A DNA stretch of 64,000 nt, taken from positions 768,001 to 832,000 of the forward strand of contig CAXXKM010000002.1 in the NCBI GenBank assembly GCA_963664435.2. The letters are read 5' to 3'. The notes beneath the pieces are model-generated. The model made no database searches. It saw nothing but the letters and a program-made list of their open reading frames with translations, and was not told where the DNA came from. Made by a program: the position numbers and the translations under genes. Positions 31,105 through 41,037 of this stretch are shown here, piece by piece; position 1 is the first letter of the stretch; each line of letters begins with the position of its first letter. Origin of the DNA: Longimicrobiales bacterium (GTDB taxonomy: Bacteria > Gemmatimonadota > Gemmatimonadetes > Longimicrobiales > Gaopeijiaceae).

Positions 31105-34100
31105 ATGAGGCCCATCTTCAGCCTCGCCCCCTCAATGTTGTCGGGCGCGCTCCTGCCCTTCCGCGGGCCGGGCGCGCTCCTGCTCTCCATGCCGGGCGGG
31201 GTACTGTTCGCCGGCCTGGGCGCGTTGCTGCCTGCCGGTCCCGCCTCGGCGCAGACCCCCGAAGAGTTCTTCGAGACCCGGGTGCGTCCGGTGCTCGCCG
31301 AGAGCTGCATGGACTGCCACGGGCGACTCCGCCGCGGGAATCTGCGCCTCAACTCCAGGGAGGCGATGCTGCGCGGGGGCGACTCCGGGCCCGCGATCAT
31401 CCCCGGGGATCCGTCCGGGAGTCTGCTCATCCAGACCGTGCGCCACCAGATCGAGGGGCAGGAGATGCCTCGCGACGAAGATCCGCTCACACCGCAGCAG
31501 ATCGAGGGGCTCATCGAGTGGATTCGCATGGATGCGCCCTGGCCGGCCGTGGCGGAAGGCGCTGAAGGGGCGGGAGGCGCGGCGGGAGCCGCGGGGGGGC
31601 TTCTCGCCCTCGCCGACGAGGGACTCTCGCCCGGGGCCCGCCTCTTCGTCGACAAGGTGCGGCCGGTTCTCGAGCGCAGCTGCTTCTCGTGCCACACCGA
31701 CGACGAACGGAGCGGTCTCCGGCTCGATTCCCGCGAGCGGATGCTCCAGGGGGGCAGCCGCGGCCCCGCGATCATCCCGGGGAACGCGGAAGAGAGCCTC
31801 ATCATCGCCGCGCTCCGGCATGTGGACGATGATCTGCAGATGCCGCGCAACGCGGACCAGCTCCCCGAAGCCGAAATCGAGGGCTTCATCGACTGGATCC
31901 AGGCCGGCGCGGAGTGGGCCGAGATCACCGCGCCGCTGGCGATCCCGAGGCGGGGGGTCACGGCCGAGGAGCGCAACTTCTGGTCGTTCCGGCCACTGGC
32001 CGATCCCGCCGCACCCGACCCCGCCGCCGCCGCACCGGAGCCGAACCACGCCGCCGCCGCCGCCGCACCCGCCCCCCCCCACCGGGCCCACGACGACATC
32101 GACCGTTTCGTGCTCGCGAAGCTCGAGGAACAAGGACTCGAGCCGCTCGCGGCCGCCGATCGCCGACAGCTCCTCCGGCGCGCCACCTTCGACCTGACCG
32201 GCCTGCCCCCGACTCCCGATGAGGCCGACGCCTTCGTCAACGACACCTCGCCGGACGCCTTCGAGAAGGTCGTCGAGCGGCTGCTGACCTCCCCCCACTA
32301 CGGCGAGCGCTGGGGGCGGCACTGGCTCGACGTGGCCCGCTTCGGCGAAGACGACACCCGCGGGCTGGCGCCGGGCGGTTCGGGACGCGAGCGGTATCCC
32401 AACGCCTACATCCAGCGGGACTGGGTGGTGGAGGCCTTCAACCGCGACATGCCCTACGACCTCTTCGTCAGGGCGCAGATCGCCGGGGACCTGCTGGAGG
32501 AGGCCGAACGCGAGCGCGCCATCCCCGCCCTGGGCTTCCTGGGCGGCGGCCCCTGGTACTACGACATCGCCGATCCCGCGGTGGCGCGCGCGGACGAGAG
32601 GCACGACCGCGTCGACGTGACCACGCGCGGCTTCCTGGGCCTCACCGTGGGTTGCGCCCGCTGCCACGACCACAAGTACGACCCGATCGGCACGCACGAC
32701 TACTACGCGCTCGCCGGCATCTTCAACAATGCCAACTATCACGAGTATCCGATCGCGGAAGAGGACGAAGCCGAGGCCTACGAGAAGGAAAAGGAGTTCA
32801 TCGACGGCCTCAGAAAGAGCCTGAACGAGTACCTGAGCACCGAGGGCGACCAGCTGGCACGCGTCCTCTCGCTCCAGGTGTCGCGCTACATGATGGCCGC
32901 GTGGCAGGTCACCGGCAGGCCGCAGCTTCCGCCCGAGCAGGCCGCGTCGCAGGCCAAGGTCGACCTCGAAACGCTGCAGCGCTGGATCCGCTTCCTGGGC
33001 AAGGAGCCGAAGCACTACCCGTACCTCATCGACTGGCAGGAGATGATCGCGCGCGGGGACGCCGAGGAGGAGGAAGCCCGGGGGCTGGCCGACGCCTTCC
33101 AGCGCCTGGTGCTCGAGGTGGTCGCGGAGCAGGAGAAGCTGGAGGAGCGCAACAGCCGCATCATCGCCAAGGGCACGCCGCTCGAGGAAGTGAAGTCGAC
33201 GCCGATGCCCAACGGCTTCGAGAGCTTCTTCGACCAGCACCAGCTCGAGCTCGAGACCATGGAGCGGGAGCGCTTCAACCTCTACTCGGACATCTTCCGC
33301 AGCGACCTCGACAACGAGCTGGACACCTTCTTCCCGGCGCCGGGGCTGTTCCGGTTCCGCGGATGGGGGCTGGAGCGGCAGCTCGGGCGCGTGGCGATGG
33401 ACCACATCTCGGCCATGCGCGAGCGCATCGAGGAACTGGAGGAGGAACTCCCGGACCTGCCCTTCGCGATGGGCGTGGCCGACAAGGAGCCCGAGGACCT
33501 GACCGACATCGCGCTGCACATCCGCGGCAGCCCCACGAACCTGGGCGAAGCGGTGCCACGCGGCTTTCTGACCGTGCTGGACGAGGAGGGCGCCGAGCCG
33601 TACACGGAGGGAAGCGGACGCCTGCAGCTCGCCGAGGCCATCGCCGGGCACCCGATCACCGCGCGCGTCATCGTGAACCGCGTCTGGCGCTGGCACATGG
33701 GCACGGGCATCGTCGACACCCCCAGCAACTTCGGGACGATGGGCGAGCGGCCCACGAACCCCGAGCTGCTCGAGTATCTGGCTTCGCGCTTCGTCGAAGG
33801 CGGGATGTCGATCAAGCAGCTGCACCGCGACATCATGCTGTCAGCGACCTATCAGCGCGCGAGCGGCCAGCACGCGGGCAACGAGGAGATCGACGGGGCG
33901 AACCGCTACTACTGGCGCGCGGACCGGCGCCGGCTCGACGCGGAGAGCATCCGCGACGCAATCCTCTACGTGTCCGGCGATCTGGACGCGACGGTGGGAG
34001 GCCCCTCGAAGAGCCTGCGCGACGAGGAGAACAACCGCCGCACCATCTACGGCGAGGTGAGCCGCTTCCAGGTCGACGAGTTCCTGCAGACCTTCGACTT

Positions 34101-34890
34101 CCCGAACCCGAGCCTGTCCGCCGAGCGCCGCTACACCACCAACGTGCCGGGCCAGAGCCTGTATTTCATGAACAGCCCCTTCGTGCGCAGGCAGGCGGAG
34201 CTGTTCGTGAAGAGGCTGCTGGAGGAGACGGCTGCGGAGGAATTGGTTGCGGAGGATGGCGGGGACGGAAGCGGTGGCGTCGGCACCGGGAACGGAACAG
34301 GCGGCAATGGGAACGGAGCAGGCGGCACCGGGAACGGAGCAGGCGGCACCGGGAACGGAGCAGGCGGCAATGGCGGTTCAGCCAACGGGCTGGCTGGTGT
34401 CGGCAACGGAAACGGGGACCACGACAACGGCGCTGCAGAGGACGCCGTGACCGACGGTATCTCCGTCGTTTTCCGCAATCGAGAGATGATCGAGGCCGCA
34501 TATCCACTGCTCTACGCACGGGACGTTACCGAGGCCGAGATCGCGGCGGGCCTGGAGTTCCTGGAGGAACGCCGTGCCGCGTTCCTGGCGGAAGAGCTGG
34601 CGAAACTCGAAGATGAGTCCGGGGATGAAGCTGAAGCGGATGCCTCGGCGGAGGATGCGAGGGCTGCGGAGGATGTGAGGGCTGCGGAGGATGCGAGCGC
34701 TGGAGCGGAGGATGCGAGCGCTGGAGAGGAGGCGAGCGCTGAAGGGGATGCGAGGGCTGGAGAGGATGACGCCGCCGAGGAGGGCGCGGACCCCGAACCC
34801 GACACACCCGAGTACCGAGCCTCCATGCAGGCGTGGGTCCAGTACGCGCGCGCCCTGTTCAGCGTCGCGGAATTCAGGTTTGTGGACTGA
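31105..34890 (+). CDS. Planctomycete cytochrome c (x2) + PSCyt2/PSD1 (DUF1549/DUF1553) protein
   Basis: CMDCH, CFSCH, CARCHDHKYDP, YGERWGRHWLD, NRVWRWHMG. Confidence 0.92.
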   Translation: MRPIFSLAPSMLSGALLPFRGPGALLLSMPGGVLFAGLGALLPAGPASAQTPEEFFETRVRPVLAESCMDCHGRLRRGNLRLNSREAMLRGGDSGPAIIPGDPSGSLLIQTVRHQIEGQEMPRDEDPLTPQQIEGLIEWIRMDAPWPAVAEGAEGAGGAAGAAGGLLALADEGLSPGARLFVDKVRPVLERSCFSCHTDDERSGLRLDSRERMLQGGSRGPAIIPGNAEESLIIAALRHVDDDLQMPRNADQLPEAEIEGFIDWIQAGAEWAEITAPLAIPRRGVTAEERNFWSFRPLADPAAPDPAAAAPEPNHAAAAAAPAPPHRAHDDIDRFVLAKLEEQGLEPLAAADRRQLLRRATFDLTGLPPTPDEADAFVNDTSPDAFEKVVERLLTSPHYGERWGRHWLDVARFGEDDTRGLAPGGSGRERYPNAYIQRDWVVEAFNRDMPYDLFVRAQIAGDLLEEAERERAIPALGFLGGGPWYYDIADPAVARADERHDRVDVTTRGFLGLTVGCARCHDHKYDPIGTHDYYALAGIFNNANYHEYPIAEEDEAEAYEKEKEFIDGLRKSLNEYLSTEGDQLARVLSLQVSRYMMAAWQVTGRPQLPPEQAASQAKVDLETLQRWIRFLGKEPKHYPYLIDWQEMIARGDAEEEEARGLADAFQRLVLEVVAEQEKLEERNSRIIAKGTPLEEVKSTPMPNGFESFFDQHQLELETMERERFNLYSDIFRSDLDNELDTFFPAPGLFRFRGWGLERQLGRVAMDHISAMRERIEELEEELPDLPFAMGVADKEPEDLTDIALHIRGSPTNLGEAVPRGFLTVLDEEGAEPYTEGSGRLQLAEAIAGHPITARVIVNRVWRWHMGTGIVDTPSNFGTMGERPTNPELLEYLASRFVEGGMSIKQLHRDIMLSATYQRASGQHAGNEEIDGANRYYWRADRRRLDAESIRDAILYVSGDLDATVGGPSKSLRDEENNRRTIYGEVSRFQVDEFLQTFDFPNPSLSAERRYTTNVPGQSLYFMNSPFVRRQAELFVKRLLEETAAEELVAEDGGDGSGGVGTGNGTGGNGNGAGGTGNGAGGTGNGAGGNGGSANGLAGVGNGNGDHDNGAAEDAVTDGISVVFRNREMIEAAYPLLYARDVTEAEIAAGLEFLEERRAAFLAEELAKLEDESGDEAEADASAEDARAAEDVRAAEDASAGAEDASAGEEASAEGDARAGEDDAAEEGADPEPDTPEYRASMQAWVQYARALFSVAEFRFVD

Positions 34891-34927
34891 CAGGTTTGTG
34901 GACTGATAAGGCAGGTATGTGGACTGA
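34875..34927. repeat. Triplicated 16-bp unit covering the stop codon
   Basis: CAGGT(T/A)TGTGGACTGA at 34875, 34891 and 34912. Confidence 0.9.
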
Positions 34928-36414
34928 TGTCTGACAACCATCACGGTGACCATCAGGGCTGCGGCATGATCCACGGGGAGCCGCGCACGCGGCGCGAGGC
35001 CCTGAAGACCATGGGCGCGGGCTTCGGCATGATGGCGTTCGCGAGCCTGGTGGGGACGTCGATGCTTGAGGCCTCCAGCGGGCTCGTGTCGCCGGTGGGC
35101 ACGCCGCTGCCCAGGCCCGATTTCGAGCCGCGCGCGAAGAACGTCATCTTCCTGTTCATGAACGGGGGCGTCTCGCAGGTCGACACCTTCGATCCCAAGC
35201 CGGAGCTCGAGAAGTATCACGGGCAGCCGCTGCCCACCGGCGAGATCAAGACCGAGCGGCGCACCGGCGCGCTCATGAAGTCGCCCTTCAGCTTCAAGCG
35301 CTACGGGGAGTCGGGGATCGCCGTCAGCGAGCTCTTCCCGCACGTGGGCGAGTGCGCGGACGACATCTGCGTGATCCGCTCGATGCACACCGAGATCCCG
35401 AATCACGAGCCCTCGCTGCTCATGATGAACACGGGGCACATCCAGCCGGGCCGGCCTTCGCTGGGCTCGTGGCTCACGTACGGGCTGGGGACCGAGAACC
35501 GGAACCTGCCCGGATTCGTGGTGCTTTGCCCGGATCAGCCCACCGTCGTGGGCCCGCCGCTGTGGAGCAACGCCTTCCTCCCGCCCATCCACCAGGGCAC
35601 CTACATCTCCGACAAGGTGCCGAGGATCGAGGACGACTTCGACCCGGAGCGCCTCATCCCCAACATCCGCGGCGAGGACATGAACGGCGACGGCCAGCGC
35701 CGCGAGGTGGACCTGATCGAGAAGCTGAACCGGCTGCACATGCAGCGCCTGGAGGAGGAGGATCCGCAGATCGAGGGCGCGATCCAGGTGATGGAGACCG
35801 CCTACCGCATGCAGACCGAGGCCCCGGACGTGTTCGACATCCGCGGCGAAAGCGAGGCGACCCAGAAGCTGTACGGCCCGGGGAGCACCGCGCGCGGCTG
35901 CCTGATGGCGGTGCGGCTGGTCGAACGGGGCGTGCGCATCGTCCAGGTCTACTACGCGAAGGGCGATCCCTGGGATGCCCACACCGACATCTTCCAGCAC
36001 CGCAAGAACGCCCGCGACTCCGACCAGCCCTTCGCCGCCGTGATCAAGGACCTCAAGTCACGGGGCCTCTTCGACGAGACCCTGGTGGTGTGCGGCACCG
36101 AGTTCGGACGCACGCCCGTGCTTGAGACGGGGGGCGGGGGCGCCGGAGGCCGCGTGGTCAACGGCCGCGACCACAACCCGTTCGGCTTCAGCATCTGGCT
36201 CGCCGGCGGGGGCATAAAGGGCGGCATGACCTACGGCGCCACCGACGACTTCGGCTTCAAGGCCGTCGAGAACCCGGTCCACATCCACGACCTGCACGCG
36301 ACCATCCTCTACCTGATGGGCATCGACCACGAGAAGCTGACCTACAACTACAGCGGTCGTGATTTTCGGCTGACGGACGTGGCCGGCGAGGTGATCCACG
36401 ACATTATCGCGTGA
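34927..36414 (+). CDS. DUF1501 (sulfatase-like, Tat-like signal) protein
   Basis: TRREAL, FLFMNGGVSQVDTFDPKP, TEFGRTP, GRDHNP. Confidence 0.92.
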   Translation: MSDNHHGDHQGCGMIHGEPRTRREALKTMGAGFGMMAFASLVGTSMLEASSGLVSPVGTPLPRPDFEPRAKNVIFLFMNGGVSQVDTFDPKPELEKYHGQPLPTGEIKTERRTGALMKSPFSFKRYGESGIAVSELFPHVGECADDICVIRSMHTEIPNHEPSLLMMNTGHIQPGRPSLGSWLTYGLGTENRNLPGFVVLCPDQPTVVGPPLWSNAFLPPIHQGTYISDKVPRIEDDFDPERLIPNIRGEDMNGDGQRREVDLIEKLNRLHMQRLEEEDPQIEGAIQVMETAYRMQTEAPDVFDIRGESEATQKLYGPGSTARGCLMAVRLVERGVRIVQVYYAKGDPWDAHTDIFQHRKNARDSDQPFAAVIKDLKSRGLFDETLVVCGTEFGRTPVLETGGGGAGGRVVNGRDHNPFGFSIWLAGGGIKGGMTYGATDDFGFKAVENPVHIHDLHATILYLMGIDHEKLTYNYSGRDFRLTDVAGEVIHDIIA

Positions 36415-36432
36415 ACGGGGAGCCCTGATCGC

Positions 36433-36825
36433 GTGACCAGGAACTTCCTGCTGGCAACGGGCGCGGGCGCGGTCACGCTCTTCGTTGTGGGCGGCGTCTT
36501 CTACGGGTTCCTGGAAGACTTCTTCGCCAACGAGGTTTCGAGGGCGATGCCCGTCTGGTGGGCGCTGGGCCTGGCCGAACTCCTGTACGCGGCGGTCCTC
36601 ACCCTCGTGCTGAGTTGGAGGGGTGTCATCAGCGGCTGGGAGGGGTTCCAGGCCGGGGCCGTGTTCGGGGCTCTGCTGGGCCTGGGCATGGCGCTGATGG
36701 GCTACGCCACGCTGGACGACGTTCAGACACTCGCCACGGTCGGCGGGCACACCCTGATCGGGGTTGTCAACAACGGGTCGGCGGGGGCGCTGATTGCGGT
36801 GGTGCTGAACAGGGGCGGGGGCTGA
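36433..36825 (+). CDS. Small multi-TM membrane protein
   Basis: Four hydrophobic segments; co-oriented with the upstream operon. Confidence 0.65.
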   Translation: MTRNFLLATGAGAVTLFVVGGVFYGFLEDFFANEVSRAMPVWWALGLAELLYAAVLTLVLSWRGVISGWEGFQAGAVFGALLGLGMALMGYATLDDVQTLATVGGHTLIGVVNNGSAGALIAVVLNRGGG

Positions 36826-36873
36826 GGCCATCACCTGAAACGGCGGTCCCCGACTGCCGGCAGCCCGCAGTCG

Positions 36874-37502
36874 TTATCCGGCAATCGGGATGCGAACGGA
36901 TCCGACGAGCGAGATGGTCCGGTTCCGGCCCTCCGGTGCCTCGTCGCTGGCGAAGATCTCGGTCAATCCCTCGGTGAACAGCACCGTGACGCCGAGGGGG
37001 CCGACGATGTAGCCGGCCCCCGCGGTGATCCCGATATCGGTGTTCGTGTCGATACGCATATCGTCGCAGCTCTGCTCCCTCGACAGGTCGACCCCCTCGA
37101 CCGAGACGTCGATGGCCACGTTGCATCGCCTGTCCCGCGCAACGCTCGCGCCGGCGAGGAAATGGAAGTCGCCGCCGATCTCGAGCAGACCGCGCAGCAC
37201 GAGATAGTCGATCTCGATGTTCACCTGACCGGTCGCATCGCCTTCGCTGAGCTCCGCCCCGGCGCCCTTCTCGATGTAGCCGGCTTCCACCCGCAGGCCG
37301 ATCAGGTCGATCACCCGCAGGGAGAATCCCCCCCCGCGGCATTCCGTCCGATGCGGCTCTCCGTGGCCTCCTCATCCGTCGCGAGGCCCATGGTCGCTCC
37401 GGCTCCCAGGATCAGATCGGAGGTTCTCTGCTGTGCGTGGGTGTCGGCGGCAGCGATCACCAGCAGGAATGCGCAGAGAACCGGTGCGAGCGGCTGGCGC
37501 AT
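36874..37502 (-). pseudogene. Outer-membrane beta-barrel (porin-like) gene split at a G8 tract
   Basis: Signal-peptide ORF 37311-37502 plus barrel ORF 36874-37314; frame switch at C8 (37328-37335 on +). Confidence 0.7.
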
Positions 37503-37557
37503 GATGGGGGCTCCCTTCTCGGGGGGTCAGTGGCAGCGGCTGACCGCCGGCGATGGC

Positions 37558-37941
37558 CTACCCCGACGATGAACCGAGCTCGACATGCACGCTGTACCAG
37601 TCGAAACTCTGACCGGAAGCGTCCAGCGTGACAGACTGCTTCGCCCCGGCCGCGAGGTCAACCCTGGGCGTCGGACCGAGTTCGGTTCCGTTGGAGAGGT
37701 GGATTTCAACGCGCACGGCAGTGACCGTCGCGCTGGTCGTGTTGGTTACGGTGCCGCTGAACCGCCGGCCTGATGCATCGTAGCTGATGACCAGGTCCAC
37801 GCCGCTGCGGGTATCGGTCGCGGTCTCGTCGGCGTTCCAACGCGTACCCGACTCGCCCGGTTCGGTGGGGCTGTCGACGCAGGCGGCCACCATGGCCAGG
37901 AGGGCCAGGGTCGCTGCACGGGATGCTGTATGTCTAGTCAT
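37558..37941 (-). CDS. Lipoprotein with FxLYD-like Ig domain
   Basis: Lipobox MVAAC; FSGTVTNTT...VRVEIHLSNGTELGPT. Confidence 0.8.
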   Translation of the reverse strand: MTRHTASRAATLALLAMVAACVDSPTEPGESGTRWNADETATDTRSGVDLVISYDASGRRFSGTVTNTTSATVTAVRVEIHLSNGTELGPTPRVDLAAGAKQSVTLDASGQSFDWYSVHVELGSSSG

Positions 37942-39097
37942 GAGTCTCTCCTTCATTGTTGTCGTTGTCGTTGTCGTGCTCGAGGCTCGTGGGAGACCTG
38001 TGCTCCCGCGGCTGCTCGTGTTCCCCCTGTCGCGCGCCCTCGACGGCGCGCTGGTCCTCGTGGGGCCCTTCCGGTTCGGGTGCCACCGCCGGGGCGAACA
38101 ACGGGGCGAGAACCAGAACGCCCACCGCGCTCATGCGGCGCCAGGGGGACGATGGCGCCTGGGGTGAACCCTGTCCGGACATGAGCCTCCGAACGCGCTG
38201 CTCCAGCTGTGAGCGATGCCTGCCGATGCACGGAACCGGAGTGCGCCGGTCCCTGCCGATCACCCATCCGGCCACCTCGGTCAGGCAGCTCGCCATCGCG
38301 AAACGGTCATCGACCTGACTGGCGGCCCAGTCGTCGCACAGCTCCTCGGCGGCGCATCGAATCTCGCGCGCGGCAAGCCGGAAAAGCGGCTGGAAGAAGA
38401 AGACGGCCTGGAAGACGTTCAGAACCGCCAACCGGATCGGGTCTCCGCGCAGATGGTGCGCGACTTCGTGACCGAGAAGCGCACGGAGCTCTTCTTCGTC
38501 CAGTTCATGGAGTGCGCGCACGGGGACGCAGATCTCGCGACCTGTCCCAACGCCCAGGGCAATGGCCGAGCCCAGGTCGTCGCTCTCGGTCAGACGAGGC
38601 ACCGGTGCCAGGGACGCCCTGCGGCTGAGCGATGCCAGCGCGCCCGAGGCCCGCGGGTCCGCTACCGGCTCACGCTCGCCGAGTCGGCGCCGCAGCTTCC
38701 CCAACCGCAGGATGTAGAGGGCGAGCAAGCCCCCGGCGAACACGACCCACAGCGTGCCGGCAGAGTCCAACCAGCCCGCAGGAAGCGCAATCGCGGGGCT
38801 GTGGGCTTCTTCGCCCGATGGCGAGAAGACGGAGGCCACGCCGTCCCGATGGCCTGGTTCGCCCTGGGCGTGGCGCTCCTCGCCGGCGATGAGGTTGGGC
38901 ACGGGGAGCCGCCAGACGGCAGAGCCAGACGAGGTCACGGAGTGGACCGTCGGAGTGATCAGGCTGGCGGCGAGCACCGTGTGCCAGATTGTTTCCCGCA
39001 GGCGCGCATGCGCCCCGGGGAAGAGACGCAGGCCCAGCCAGGCAACGCCGCACCACAGAGTGCTGTGGACCAGGAAAGTGAAAAGCCACGCCGTCAT
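37934..39097 (-). CDS. M56 metallopeptidase lacking a large sensor domain
   Basis: HEVAH motif, EELCDDWA; short His/acidic tail. Confidence 0.9.
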   Translation of the reverse strand: MTAWLFTFLVHSTLWCGVAWLGLRLFPGAHARLRETIWHTVLAASLITPTVHSVTSSGSAVWRLPVPNLIAGEERHAQGEPGHRDGVASVFSPSGEEAHSPAIALPAGWLDSAGTLWVVFAGGLLALYILRLGKLRRRLGEREPVADPRASGALASLSRRASLAPVPRLTESDDLGSAIALGVGTGREICVPVRALHELDEEELRALLGHEVAHHLRGDPIRLAVLNVFQAVFFFQPLFRLAAREIRCAAEELCDDWAASQVDDRFAMASCLTEVAGWVIGRDRRTPVPCIGRHRSQLEQRVRRLMSGQGSPQAPSSPWRRMSAVGVLVLAPLFAPAVAPEPEGPHEDQRAVEGARQGEHEQPREHRSPTSLEHDNDNDNNEGETHD

Positions 39098-39492
39098 TTG
39101 GATTCCCCCTTCCGGTCCCCTTTCCGCCTGCTGGACACGATCGTCTTGAGGCCCTCCAGGTTGTCCGGGTCGATCTCGCCGGATCGGACCAGGTGGTTGA
39201 CCAATGCCGTGCTGTCACCGGAGAACAACCGCGTCACCAGGCTGGCCACCATCGTCTTGCGGACATCCGCCTCGGCGATCGCGGGCCGGTAGATGAACTG
39301 TCGTCCGGTCGTTCGGTGCTCCACGCATCCGTACTCCTCCAGCTTGCGCAGCATCGTCTTGATGGTCGTGACGGCGAGGCGCCGCTCTTCAAAGAGCGCC
39401 TTGTGAACCTCGATGGCCGGGGCCTCGCCGCGCTCCCAGAGCACGCGCATGATGGCGAGTTGCAGGTCTCCCAGTTGCCGCTTCCGCTTCAT
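39094..39492 (-). CDS. BlaI/MecI/CopY-family repressor
   Basis: LGDLQLAIMRVLWERG...TTIKTMLRKLEEYG...LFSGD. Confidence 0.92.
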   Translation of the reverse strand: MKRKRQLGDLQLAIMRVLWERGEAPAIEVHKALFEERRLAVTTIKTMLRKLEEYGCVEHRTTGRQFIYRPAIAEADVRKTMVASLVTRLFSGDSTALVNHLVRSGEIDPDNLEGLKTIVSSRRKGDRKGESK

Positions 39493-39524
39493 CACAGGGC
39501 TCTCCGTCGATATGACCGGGGACG

Positions 39525-39553
39525 ATTACTCGGGTGGTTACTACCGGAGTAGT
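39525..39553. promoter_or_regulatory. Tandem BlaI-type operators
   Basis: ATTAC-TCGG-GTGGT and ACTAC-CGGA-GTAGT. Confidence 0.65.
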
Positions 39554-39580
39554 CACTCACGGGTTCCTCCAACCGCTCCC

Positions 39581-40357
39581 TTACCTGGACCTGGCCGCGA
39601 GGGCGACCTCAAACGCACGCATCTCGCCACGCAGGATCTGGAGCTGGTTGTACACCGGCCGGAAGGCGGCGCCGCGCGGGCGGGCGGTCTCGCCACCTCC
39701 GTGTTCGCCGGGCCCTTCGCGTCCGCCATGCTCGTTGGCGCCTTCGCCGCGCTCTTCGCCCCCTTCTGCTCCGCCCTCTCCCTCACCTTCCTCCCCGCCT
39801 GCGCCGTGCCCCGCCTCGACGCCGGCTTCGGGGTGACTGACCCACTCGCTGAAGTCGTTCCCGAAGGCTCCCAGTTCGACGGGCACGGTCTCGCCGGGAC
39901 CGACATCGATGCGCCTCGTCGGGCCGAGTTCCGTGCCGTTGTCCAGGTGGACCTCCACGCGCACCTGCGCGAGAGGCCGTGCGGTGCTGTTCGTCACCGA
40001 GCCGACGAAGACCTGCGTCGCCGGGTCGAACTGCAGAACCAGACGAGCCCCGTTCGCGAAGAGCTTGTCCAGCTTCGTCATCTTCGACAGATACGCACCC
40101 TCGCCACCCTCGTTGCTCACGCGCCGCGCTCGTTGCGGGTCGCGGTAAACGGAGAGCCCCGCCCTCGCGCGCATCTCGCGGAGGTCGGCACGGGCCTGCT
40201 TCACGAGATCGTAGAGGTTGTCCGCATTCGCACGCTCCTGCGCCGGCTGTTGCTCTTGCAAGCCGGGTGCCGGAGCTTTCTCGCCGTCCACGTGCGCGGA
40301 CAGGCCGGCCCCGGCCATGCCGAGAACCATCAGGGACATCAGTGTGATCTTCATCAT
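39581..40357 (-). CDS. Secreted protein with FxLYD-like domain and Gly/Glu/His-rich tract
   Basis: Signal peptide; FVGSVTNST...VRVEVHLDNGTELGPT (paralogous to 37558-37941). Confidence 0.8.
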   Translation of the reverse strand: MMKITLMSLMVLGMAGAGLSAHVDGEKAPAPGLQEQQPAQERANADNLYDLVKQARADLREMRARAGLSVYRDPQRARRVSNEGGEGAYLSKMTKLDKLFANGARLVLQFDPATQVFVGSVTNSTARPLAQVRVEVHLDNGTELGPTRRIDVGPGETVPVELGAFGNDFSEWVSHPEAGVEAGHGAGGEEGEGEGGAEGGEERGEGANEHGGREGPGEHGGGETARPRGAAFRPVYNQLQILRGEMRAFEVALAARSR

Positions 40358-40411
40358 CGGTCTCCTCCGGAGTTGGGTAGCGACCCCGGGGCGACACCCG
40401 CCGCCGGTCCG

Positions 40412-40441
40412 ACTACCGCACTAGTTGACGACCGTAGTAGT
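40412..40441. promoter_or_regulatory. Tandem BlaI-type operators
   Basis: ACTAC-CGCA-CTAGT and ACGAC-CGTA-GTAGT. Confidence 0.65.
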
Positions 40442-40457
40442 CACCACGGGGCGCGAA

Positions 40458-40527
40458 GGTTCCTCGATGGAGAAGGGTCAACCGGGTTACGAGGGTTCCG
40501 CGATGGGAAGGGTTACCGGGTTACGGA
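40458..40527. repeat. Imperfect ~34-bp tandem duplication
   Basis: GGTTCC.CGATGG.(A)GAAGGGT..ACCGGGTTACG x2. Confidence 0.75.
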
Positions 40528-40627
40528 GGTGCAAGTCCGTGCGAAGCATGACTTGCTGACGTGAGAGCCGCCTCTCATCTTGGGAGCGCGCACAATAGTT
40601 GTCCGGCACGTGACGAGGAGACAAGGC

Positions 40628-41011
40628 ATGTCAGGGTGGTTCGGCGAGTGGTGGCCGCTGTTGGCAACGCTCCTGATCCTGGTCGTCGGTTTGAGTTGGC
40701 TGGTCCTTCGACTGGCCGGAAGCTCACACTCCGGCCGCAGGACCGCATTCGAGACGGTCTTCCGGAAGGGGATGGTGCAGCCGATCATCACCCACATCAT
40801 GGCGTGGACTTTCGCCCTGATGGCCTCCAGCCTGATCATCTTCTTTCTCTATGTGAGAGAATTTGACCGGGCCGAAGACGTTTTCTCCTACGTCGTCGCC
40901 GTGATCGGCCCCATAATCGGGTTCTGGTTCGGATCCAGAGGTCGAGAGGGCGGCACGGAGACCGGTGAGACCGGTGGCACGACGGAGAACCGCGGTCCCT
41001 CGCAGCCATAG
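40628..41011 (+). CDS. Membrane protein (3 TM)
   Basis: Hydrophobic segments; IIGFWFGS motif. Confidence 0.6.
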   Translation: MSGWFGEWWPLLATLLILVVGLSWLVLRLAGSSHSGRRTAFETVFRKGMVQPIITHIMAWTFALMASSLIIFFLYVREFDRAEDVFSYVVAVIGPIIGFWFGSRGREGGTETGETGGTTENRGPSQP

Positions 41012-41037
41012 GCTGAGTGACGGCGCGTCCGAAGCGG

